Virus record (IMG/VR): IMGVR_UViG_2541047897_000004
Reading direction: 5' to 3' (one strand)
Length of the DNA: 14,783 nucleotides
Source of the DNA: a virus
Lineage: Duplodnaviria > Heunggongvirae > Uroviricota > Caudoviricetes
The notes beneath the pieces were generated by a model that searched no databases, was not told the DNA's origin, and worked only from the letters and a program-made list of their open reading frames with translations. The first letter of the stretch is position 1, and every line of letters begins with the position of its first letter. This document shows positions 7,770 through 14,783 of this stretch, piece after piece. The translations under genes and the position numbers were made by a program.

Positions 7770-8801
7770 ATGAATGATTTATCAACATATTTTGGCGTTA
7801 ATACTGCGGTAGTAACTCCATTTGCTTATGAGAATGCACTTAATACCCTGATTACTAATCTCGATCTGTTCGATGTGCAATATCATACAGAAAACAGCAT
7901 TCTTCTTACCGACCTGATTGATCAGTTTGTGCAGGTAGCTGGGGAAACCTCGCCTTACGCTCAAAGCGACTGGAACGCCTCTAAACGTCAGGAATGGTCA
8001 AACAAACTTTTCCAGATGAAACACGTCGGCAGTATTAACGCTGTTACTTCTCGTGACCTGGAACAATACAGCCGCCAATATCCAAACCGTTCTGATGCTA
8101 TGCTGGTAGCGGTTAATGATTTCTCTGAGGCTCATTACCGTTCACACGCAAACCGTGTTGAAGTGGATCTGATTACCGCGCTGCTGGGACTGAAAGTTGA
8201 ATCTGAATATGCCGGACAAGGTGATCTCGACTTCCTCGACGGTCAGGCTAAAACCACGGTACCCGCTATCGACTTTGCATCGACTACTGTTAACCCGTTC
8301 CTTGCTATTCGTAAAGCGGTGCGCTTACAGAGTGAAAAGCTGGGGTCTGGTCTTGCTGCAAAGCGAACTGGTGTAATTATCTTTGCTGCTGGCGCTGCTG
8401 CTGATGGTTTGTCATCTAACCCGCTGATCAGTGACATGGTGAAATATGCAGGTGATGCGAGTGCTACGGCCCTGTTTACCCGTATGGTTGATTCTAACCC
8501 AGCCTATGACTCTTTCCAGATTGGTGGGATCACTGTTATTGATGTGTCAATGTTTCCTGAGATTGTTGCTCACATCGGAGAGAACGGTTTCGCAATTGTC
8601 CCGGTAATGGATAAATCGGTACAGTGTTACCAGCTTCACACAGGCGTTGGTGTGCGTCATGCTGAGTTAGGTCAAGATGCCGTGTTGCATCACCAATATC
8701 TAATCAAGGATGAATTCCAATTCCCATCTGTGGTTACTGAGACATCTTATCTGCCAGTAAACAACATTCCGCAAGCTATCATCTTCGGATCTGCTGCGTA
8801 A
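7770..8801 (+). CDS. hypothetical protein, 343 aa (possibly virion-structural-like; unverified)
   Basis: AAGGAAAA upstream; long clean ORF with higher GC than the left half of the element (by eye); Gly/Ala-rich segment GVIIFAAGAAADG; no Walker A, HxH or other catalytic motif seen. Size and position are compatible with a capsid or major tail subunit, but I see no diagnostic motif. Confidence 0.8.
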   Translation: MNDLSTYFGVNTAVVTPFAYENALNTLITNLDLFDVQYHTENSILLTDLIDQFVQVAGETSPYAQSDWNASKRQEWSNKLFQMKHVGSINAVTSRDLEQYSRQYPNRSDAMLVAVNDFSEAHYRSHANRVEVDLITALLGLKVESEYAGQGDLDFLDGQAKTTVPAIDFASTTVNPFLAIRKAVRLQSEKLGSGLAAKRTGVIIFAAGAAADGLSSNPLISDMVKYAGDASATALFTRMVDSNPAYDSFQIGGITVIDVSMFPEIVAHIGENGFAIVPVMDKSVQCYQLHTGVGVRHAELGQDAVLHHQYLIKDEFQFPSVVTETSYLPVNNIPQAIIFGSAA

Positions 8802-8954
8802 TAAAGCATTAATAGACGATTCCCATCGTCTGGAAAATAAGGGTAAAGGGATTACCTAACCTGTAGGCGCAAATACAGTAACGAATCTCTTTGCCTTTTT
8901 TGTTTTTCTACTGTCTACAAACCCAAATAAAAATATATATGTGAGAGAAAACCA

Positions 8955-9152
8955 ATGAACACAGAAAATTCACAGGCATTAATTCTTAAGTCTGTAAAAG
9001 AACTGGCAGCTATTAGCGATGACTCAATAATCAATGTCAGTGCCTTATGCAGAATGCTTTCAATTGATGCAAATAATGTGCGGCAGCGTGTGTTTCAGAC
9101 TGGGTGCAGCACTTTTGAAGCAATTACATACTACTGTTCTAAAAAACAATAA
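8955..9152 (+). CDS. small protein, 65 aa, HTH-like (…INVSALCRMLSIDANNVRQRV…)
   Basis: ATG with GAGAGA upstream; helix-turn-helix-like segment; sits between the 343-aa and 633-aa genes. Confidence 0.55.
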   Translation: MNTENSQALILKSVKELAAISDDSIINVSALCRMLSIDANNVRQRVFQTGCSTFEAITYYCSKKQ

Positions 9153-9186
9153 CAAACAACAATCATAATACAGGGAAACAATTAGC

Positions 9187-11088
9187 ATGTTAGAAATTAG
9201 CGCCTCACGAATTAGTAATGTTGTGACATTTACCACTGATTTCAAGAGCTTACAGAAAGCTAAGAATGAAGTGGATAAGCTACAAAAGAAGATGCAGGGG
9301 ATCAAACCTGTGCAAGTGGCGGCAGCACGTCAGAAAGATTTACAGAGGCTGGGAAAAGAGATTCAGCGCCAGCATGATCAGCATGTTAAGCAGGCTGTTA
9401 AATCTGAGACACAGGCATCTAAAGCCAGCACTAAACAGAAGCTACAGGAAGCTAAAAACCTCGCTAAAGCACAGGCTAAACGAGCCTCAATTGCTGAAAA
9501 GGCAGAGATCAAGCGCCTTGCATCATATCGCCAGTTACAAGGCATCAAGAACAATTCCCGCTATGGCGAAGGGATGGATATTAAGAAATATCACGATGCT
9601 CTACGTTACATTAAGGAACAAACCCGCCTCTATGAATCCGGCGCTATATCGCAAGCGAAGATGAATGCCCTGATCCGTGACCGCATCACATTAGAAAGAC
9701 GAGCCGCAGCCGCTGCTACGCGTCGTAATGCTGCCGCTGGGGGGGTATATCCAGTTACTTCTAAGAAGCTCCACAAAGAAGGTGTTAGCGGCGGTGGCGC
9801 GTTAATGATGGGCGGTGTTGGTGGCATTATCGGCGGCGCTGCCGTTGGCTTAGGAAGTATGGCTGTATCCGCTGGAATGGAAAAAGCCCGTGAACGTATG
9901 GAATTGCAGAAGATGAGCGATCTGGTAGGTGCCGATAGCAATCAGGTGGCTGCAATGGTTAATTGGGGGAGGGCAAACGGTGTATCAAGTGCAAGCGCGG
10001 ACAAGACCACTGATAATATCAAAGACTTAAACGAACGCATTGGTCATCAAAGCCGAACTGCTGAATGGGATAGTAAGAAAAAAGAGTGGCGAGGCGGGGA
10101 AGGATCATTAAATGATATTCAGAATGCCTTTGCATGGAACAAAGATAAGATAGCTTCCTACCAGGGGCGACCGCTGCAACTCTTGCAAGACGTGGTGAGA
10201 GAAGGTGAACGCCGAGGAATGACTAAAGAAGCCATCATATCCCTGATCGAACCATTAGCAGACGATGCCAGCCATTATCTCAAGATGTTTTCCCGTGATG
10301 GGGAAGAGTTCCGTAAAACGATGGTTGATATGGAAAACAACGGGCAGCTACTGACAGAAGCACAGAAAGAGCAATATCGCGCAGCTAACAAGACAGCTAC
10401 AGCCTTTGACCGTCTGACAGATGGACTATCGAATCAGGCTATTTTGGGCTTCTTTGATGGCATAGCCAACATGCCAGCACTCAAACCGGAAGAAAGCAAA
10501 GCCTTACAGAATGCAGCTTATGGTGTTGGTGCATCGTTCGGGGATTTGGCTAAACAAGGCGCTGTATTACTGACCTCTATGACTTCTTACGGGAATCAAA
10601 TCACAAGCTGGATTAATAAACATCTTAGCCGTGGTGAGAATGATAACCGACCTGAGACACAAAAGGTTATGGACGCTGTTACAGATGGGGAATGGTCGCC
10701 ATCAACGATTATCAATGAAGGTATTCGTTATGCAACTGGACTCGATACGAAAGATGTAGGGCGTATTGTGCGCGGTGAGGAAACACAGTCCGGCGTTCCA
10801 GGGTGGTGGACTGATTTAATTAATGGCAATGCTAACAGCTACGGATCAACCCTTGTTGCACGTAAAGCAGAAGCCTATCAGCCGACTGTAAGCCTACAAC
10901 GTCAATACGCAACCCCTGTTAACGTGAATGCACAGGTTACGGTGCCGAGTGATATGATCTCTGTTAACGTCATCCCTAACGGTCCCGGCTTTCAGGATTT
11001 AATCCGCACTGAGATCAGAGCGAACAACAATCAGTTTAGTTCGAATCTGATTCTTAGCACGTTGTCAGGACAGAGTAGCGTTAACTAA
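9187..11088 (+). CDS. large coiled-coil protein with Gly-rich hydrophobic segment, 633 aa (tape-measure-like; unverified)
   Basis: N-terminal ~180 aa is K/Q/A/E-rich with heptad-like character; GGGALMMGGVGGIIGGAAVGLGSMAVSAGM hydrophobic glycine-zipper segment; no nuclease or ATPase motif. This architecture is common in phage tail tape-measure proteins, but I cannot confirm homology. Confidence 0.8.
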   Translation: MLEISASRISNVVTFTTDFKSLQKAKNEVDKLQKKMQGIKPVQVAAARQKDLQRLGKEIQRQHDQHVKQAVKSETQASKASTKQKLQEAKNLAKAQAKRASIAEKAEIKRLASYRQLQGIKNNSRYGEGMDIKKYHDALRYIKEQTRLYESGAISQAKMNALIRDRITLERRAAAAATRRNAAAGGVYPVTSKKLHKEGVSGGGALMMGGVGGIIGGAAVGLGSMAVSAGMEKARERMELQKMSDLVGADSNQVAAMVNWGRANGVSSASADKTTDNIKDLNERIGHQSRTAEWDSKKKEWRGGEGSLNDIQNAFAWNKDKIASYQGRPLQLLQDVVREGERRGMTKEAIISLIEPLADDASHYLKMFSRDGEEFRKTMVDMENNGQLLTEAQKEQYRAANKTATAFDRLTDGLSNQAILGFFDGIANMPALKPEESKALQNAAYGVGASFGDLAKQGAVLLTSMTSYGNQITSWINKHLSRGENDNRPETQKVMDAVTDGEWSPSTIINEGIRYATGLDTKDVGRIVRGEETQSGVPGWWTDLINGNANSYGSTLVARKAEAYQPTVSLQRQYATPVNVNAQVTVPSDMISVNVIPNGPGFQDLIRTEIRANNNQFSSNLILSTLSGQSSVN

Positions 11089-11161
11089 GTTTAACGATAA
11101 CTAATAATAAAGCGGGGGCAATATTTATTGCTTTCCGCTCATTACACAAGGATTAATATAA

Positions 11162-11818
11162 ATGGCTATCAAAGAAAGTCAGATCAACAGCACATCTAAC
11201 ATTAATACATCTAACAGCAAGGTTAAATCTGATAACGGATTTGCCATTATATGTAGCAACCTGAATAACGAGAATGCATCAACGATAGCCAGTTATAAAG
11301 CTATTACTTTTGACGCTGTTCCGGCAACTAAGGTTTCACGTTCTGCCGATGTTACATCGTATCCTGTGCAGGATGGTAATGATGTATCTGATAATGTCAG
11401 GATCAAGAATAATAAACTTATGCTTTCAGGCATTATTACAGAAACACCATTAGCATTACGTGGTGATATGCTATCAAGTGCAGGGGTGAACGGTAACAGG
11501 TGTTCACAGGCTATTGCTTATCTTGATGAAATAATGAATGCCAGACAGCCTATTATTGTAAGCACAGAGCATAAGACGTTTGATAATATGATTCTGACAG
11601 GCATTGACTACGAATATAAAACAGAATCAGCTTTACAGTTTGATTTGCAGTTCGAACAGATAAGATTAGTGAGTTATGCAACTACTAACGCTATTGCTGT
11701 AAAGACCGCATCACCTAAGAGCACAGGCGGACAGGTAAAAAGCCAAGTGCCAACCAATGCAGGAACAGCCAGCACCACTAAAGACACCCTTCCGACGTAT
11801 GACGGAGAAGTGAAATAA
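11162..11818 (+). CDS. hypothetical protein, 218 aa (possibly tail-associated; unverified)
   Basis: AAGGA upstream; Ser/Thr/Asn-rich termini; follows the 633-aa gene in the position a distal-tail protein would occupy if that gene is a tape measure. Confidence 0.75.
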   Translation: MAIKESQINSTSNINTSNSKVKSDNGFAIICSNLNNENASTIASYKAITFDAVPATKVSRSADVTSYPVQDGNDVSDNVRIKNNKLMLSGIITETPLALRGDMLSSAGVNGNRCSQAIAYLDEIMNARQPIIVSTEHKTFDNMILTGIDYEYKTESALQFDLQFEQIRLVSYATTNAIAVKTASPKSTGGQVKSQVPTNAGTASTTKDTLPTYDGEVK

Positions 11819-11852
11819 TCCCTATAAAGAACGATGTAGCGAGATAATCATA

Positions 11853-11888
11853 AAAGAGGCTACCAATCTATATTGAAGCCTCTTTATT
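11853..11888. terminator. bidirectional hairpin terminator between convergent genes
   Basis: AAAGAGGCT (11853-11861) pairs with AGCCTCTTT (11877-11885), 15-nt loop, T-run after; lies between the stop of the 218-aa gene (plus) and the stop of the integrase (minus). Confidence 0.55.
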
Positions 11889-11892
11889 ACGT

Positions 11893-13170
11893 CTATAGCG
11901 TTGTTTTACGCCTTAAATTTGATTTTTTATTGATTGATAAGCCTTTCTCTATTTCAGGGTAGCGTAAAAGCTCAATATATTTTTTAAGCTCTATTGGAGA
12001 AGCTGCATTTTTGCTATATGTGCGGAATGTTTCTGTATTGCCGCGTGTATGGCCCAGGAGAAGGGCGATCCTGTCTTCTGGAATTTGATTTCGATCAAGA
12101 AGCTGTGCTACTCCGTGTCTCAGAGAATGAAACACCTTCCTTTCTGTTCCCTTTTCCCCTAAAGCCTTTCGTTTAGCTCTTGTAAATCTCTGCGTATGCC
12201 ACGTGGAACGTTTACCATCAGCACGCTCTGTAATGCTGGCGTGATAGAACAAAAAGCCATTGTGAGGCTTTTCACGCAGCGACAACACCAACGGAGTGAT
12301 AAGGCTATGCACAGGCACAAGACGTGCCGCAGCTTTCGTTTTTCCCTGTGTGATTTCAAAACACAGCACACCTTCGATCTCTTTCACATCGTCTATTGTG
12401 AGACTTGCTATCTCATTGATCCGCATACCTGTATATAAACCGATAAGACACAAAGCCATCATTTCTTTGTTTTCTGCTGAATTACCGGAAAATACTTGCA
12501 ACACCTGCAATAGCTCTTTGTTAGAAAATGCCTCGTAGCTCTCTCTACTTTGTGCCACATCAAGCCTATGCCCTCGCCAGGGGGAGAGCGCCCTTTCTGG
12601 CGCATCGTGGTAACGTGATGAAGCTAATTCCCATAGCTGGGCCATTGGGCTGATATAATTTGCAATTGATTGTTGTGAAAGAGTTTTTTGCATGTGTTCA
12701 ATCCAGCCTGTAACAGTGGTGCGGCTTACATCTTGCAATGCAATATCAGGCTTTTTACGGTAGGAGAGAAACATCTCTACCGCTTTTCTTGCCTTAGCTA
12801 AAGTGGCTGGCTTCTTCTTCGTGCTGTTAATTGTCAGGTAGATTTCAAGAATTTTAAGCAATGACGGACACGAAGACGCTGTATCTTGCATTCTGGTAGC
12901 TGTTTTGGCGTATTTAGCCTTACTGCGTAACAGTTCCAGCGTGTTTTCTATTGTGCTGTTTACAGGGGCAACACTCTCCCGTAAGCAATGGTATTCATCT
13001 GCAATCTGATCACGCTTTCTACGTGCAACACGAAGATTACTTGTGTGCAGACTTCTGACAAACGTCCTTTTTCCTTCAAAAAAGGGCTGCATATACACAG
13101 GCAGCGTGATCCTTAAATAGTAGTTACCGTAAGAATCACAGATTAAGTATTGGTTAGGCTTGTATCTCAT
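11893..13170 (-). CDS. tyrosine recombinase / phage-type integrase, 425 aa from the RBS-supported ATG
   Basis: C-terminal catalytic region with HSLRHGVAQ and LLGHTRGNTETFRTYSK (R/H/R/Y tetrad pattern); adjacent to the right att repeat. GGAG lies 5 nt upstream of the ATG at 13170; the track's longer ORF starts at a TTG (13257) with no Shine-Dalgarno. Confidence 0.9.
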   Translation of the reverse strand: MRYKPNQYLICDSYGNYYLRITLPVYMQPFFEGKRTFVRSLHTSNLRVARRKRDQIADEYHCLRESVAPVNSTIENTLELLRSKAKYAKTATRMQDTASSCPSLLKILEIYLTINSTKKKPATLAKARKAVEMFLSYRKKPDIALQDVSRTTVTGWIEHMQKTLSQQSIANYISPMAQLWELASSRYHDAPERALSPWRGHRLDVAQSRESYEAFSNKELLQVLQVFSGNSAENKEMMALCLIGLYTGMRINEIASLTIDDVKEIEGVLCFEITQGKTKAAARLVPVHSLITPLVLSLREKPHNGFLFYHASITERADGKRSTWHTQRFTRAKRKALGEKGTERKVFHSLRHGVAQLLDRNQIPEDRIALLLGHTRGNTETFRTYSKNAASPIELKKYIELLRYPEIEKGLSINKKSNLRRKTTL

Positions 13171-13312
13171 AAAATCTCCGGCTAAAGTGTCGGAGCGTTT
13201 GTAATGTGAAAATTGATTGTGACGCATAGAAAATGATGATTTTTCTATAAGATTCAATCAATTAGTAATGGTCGTAGGTGATGGCATTAACACGAGATTA
13301 ATCGAGTGTTTT

Positions 13313-13333
13313 ACTCCTATTATCGGCACCATT
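13313..13333. repeat. attR-type direct repeat (partial tRNA-Thr 3' end)
   Basis: Exact 21-bp copy of 172-192; a further 10-bp tRNA match (ggtcgtaggt, 13270-13279 versus 159-168) lies upstream, separated by a 33-bp insertion. Confidence 0.85.
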
Positions 13334-13485
13334 CTAACGTCTCCCCAAGTCTACTCAAGTATTTAAAAACCTCTTATAATCAGTATATTAATGCCCCTTT
13401 TAGTCTTTTGACGTCTATTTAAGTACCCCAAACTCTACAAGCAATTGAGGGGATTTGCTGTTCAGTTTAGTGGAGATACCCCCAA

Positions 13486-13824
13486 GTGAAACTCAATGCC
13501 CGTCAAATAGACACTGCCAAGCCAAAAGAGAAGGCTTACAAGTTGGCTGATGGTGGTGGTCTGTACCTCCTGGTAAAACCTGGTGGAGGAGAATATTGGC
13601 GTCTCAAGTATCGTGTAGCTGGTAAAGAGAAGCTGTTAGCACTAGGTGTGTATCCTGAGGTCACCTTAGCTGATGCTCCTGCAAAACTTGAAGAAGCTAA
13701 AAGAGGTATCTCTGGGGGAATCGATCTGATGGAAGTGAAGCGAGAGGAAAAGATTGCCCGGGAAACGCAGTTAAACAACACCTTCAAAGATATTGCCCTT
13801 GAGTGGCACAGTAACAAATTATAA
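13486..13824 (+). pseudogene. truncated N-terminal fragment of a P4-type (tRNA-associated) integrase, 112 codons
   Basis: Translation …ARQIDTAKPKEKAYKLADGGGLYLLVKPGGGEYWRLKYRVAGKEKLLALGVYPEVTLADA… matches the conserved arm-binding N-terminus of P4-family integrases as I recall them; the ORF stops after 112 codons with no catalytic domain and AT-rich non-coding DNA follows. Confidence 0.7.
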
Positions 13825-14258
13825 TCACAATAATAGTGTATATAATTATACATTGTATGCTTGGTAATCATATAATGATAAAAGCTTCCGATAATCAGTA
13901 TGAGATTTGTCCTTAAACTCCTAGACATGCTTTTCTAAATCTTCCAATGGTATATGTCCATTTATACAAATAAAATTCTAGTGATAAATACCTTCAGGTA
14001 TGATTAGACAACATCTTTATTCGATGGGGGTTAATCTATATTTGATATCTTTCTTTTAAATAACAACGCCATTAAAAACGCTTTGTTTAATGACGTTTTT
14101 TTATTGTTTCCTGTATAAAGCCTAACCAGCATAAACATTGGTGGCTCTTATGCTCATTGTAATTAAATGAGAGTGTGATTAATGTCTTTATATATTCAGG
14201 TAGTTATTCTCTCCAGAAGAATACATTGTAAGAAGATGACTGTTAGTATGTTTTAACA

Positions 14259-14753
14259 TCAATTAACATTAAGGTTTGATAATAATTTTTTGTTGGCGAG
14301 TTCAAATGTTTTCATTTCATCATCTGATAGCCCGCTCCAGATTTTCTTTAGCATTACATTTTGAGTGTTTATTAGTTTTTGAGCAAGTGTAACTCCGTCA
14401 GGGGTTAAGCAAATACTTTTGCTTCGACGATCGTTTTTATTATTAATTCTTTTGGCAATATTCTTTTTTTCTAATTTGTCTATGATGTGTGTGATGTTTG
14501 TTTTGGAGAATTGTAACTCCTTGTAAATATCAGAAGGGGACTGACAATAATCATCAGACATATATAATGAAACTAACACCATAAATGTTGAAGTGTTTAT
14601 TCTATACTCGCTCAATTCATTTTCTATAATACTCTGGATTTTGTCATTTACTCTAATATATAAGTGTATTAACAGACTCTCCTGAGCCGGGTATGCCGGA
14701 TTTTTGATTTTTTTGTAGTTTGTTATAGTTTTTAATAAATCTATATTATTCAT
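14259..14753 (-). CDS. MarR-family winged-helix transcriptional regulator (PapX/SfaX-like 17-kDa type?), 164 aa from the internal Met
   Basis: Wing motif …RINNKNDRRSKSICLTPDGVTLAQ… (DRR…LT..G) typical of MarR regulators; the ORF is open to the window edge at 14783, so the true start could be upstream. The PapX-like subfamily is a recollection, not verified. Confidence 0.75.
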   Translation of the reverse strand: MNNIDLLKTITNYKKIKNPAYPAQESLLIHLYIRVNDKIQSIIENELSEYRINTSTFMVLVSLYMSDDYCQSPSDIYKELQFSKTNITHIIDKLEKKNIAKRINNKNDRRSKSICLTPDGVTLAQKLINTQNVMLKKIWSGLSDDEMKTFELANKKLLSNLNVN

Positions 14754-14783
14754 AATTCCACCACACGGCAAAAGAAAACTCAT

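Larger units (their letters stand above)
172..13333. mobile_element. ~13.1-kb integrated element (genomic island / prophage-like or satellite-like) inserted at the tRNA-Thr 3' end
   Basis: Perfect 21-bp direct repeats at both ends; tyrosine integrase inside next to the right repeat; serine recombinase; AT-rich repeat-dense regulatory region; cargo genes all co-directional. Confidence 0.8.

Noticed and set aside
7489-8437. Minus-strand ORFs 7489-7788, 7782-7964 and 8243-8437
   Set aside because: Antisense within the 127-aa and 343-aa plus-strand genes; Cys-rich or low-complexity translations typical of shadow frames.
7372-8801. Calling the 127-aa and 343-aa pair lambda-type head decoration (D) and major capsid (E) proteins
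   Set aside because: Sizes match (about 110 and 341 aa in lambda), but I could not find the conserved segments I recall from D or E family proteins, so the products are left as hypothetical.
9060-9941. ORFs 9060-9305 (minus), 9266-9664 (plus, alternative frame) and 9630-9941 (minus) overlapping the 633-aa gene
   Set aside because: They overlap a long well-formed ORF; the translations are Arg- or Pro-rich in the way off-frame readings of a coding region usually are.
11994-12538. Four small ORFs (both strands) inside the integrase gene
   Set aside because: Embedded within or antisense to the integrase coding sequence, which has clear catalytic motifs.
4246-13257. Longer N-terminal extensions offered by the ORF track (4246 GTG, 5614 ATG, 7128 TTG, 13257 TTG, 2070 ATG)
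   Set aside because: In each case a downstream ATG has a better-placed Shine-Dalgarno; the shorter forms are reported, with the alternatives noted in the evidence.
13536-13928. 130-aa minus-strand ORF
   Set aside because: Antisense to the P4-type integrase fragment; proline and repeat-rich translation; no ribosome-binding site.

Overview
This window reads as an enterobacterial-type chromosome segment with an intact tRNA-Thr(CGU) gene (115-190) and a ~13.1-kb integrated element inserted at its 3' end. The last 21 bp of the tRNA (172-192) recur exactly at 13313-13333, which delimits the element. From left to right the element carries: a short ORF-free segment, a small basic ORF, a serine recombinase (minus strand), a 1.8-kb ORF-free repeat-dense region, a plus-strand operon of seven small proteins (including an RHH protein, a winged-helix protein and two strongly acidic proteins), a cargo block of five plus-strand genes of unknown function (65/127/343/633/218 aa), and a convergent tyrosine integrase next to the right repeat. 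The repeat-dense region contains five spaced palindromic 16-bp iteron/operator-like sites and a 24-bp inverted-repeat pair flanking 326 bp. Beyond the right repeat lie a truncated P4-type integrase N-terminus (footprint of a second, older island) and a MarR-family regulator gene that runs to the window edge. I see no rRNA, no CRISPR array and no recognisable enzymatic defence gene. The most interesting candidate is the element itself: an iteron-bearing, recombinase-equipped island whose central cargo block has no function I can assign. All protein calls are by-eye motif recognition without any database search; several are deliberately left as hypothetical.
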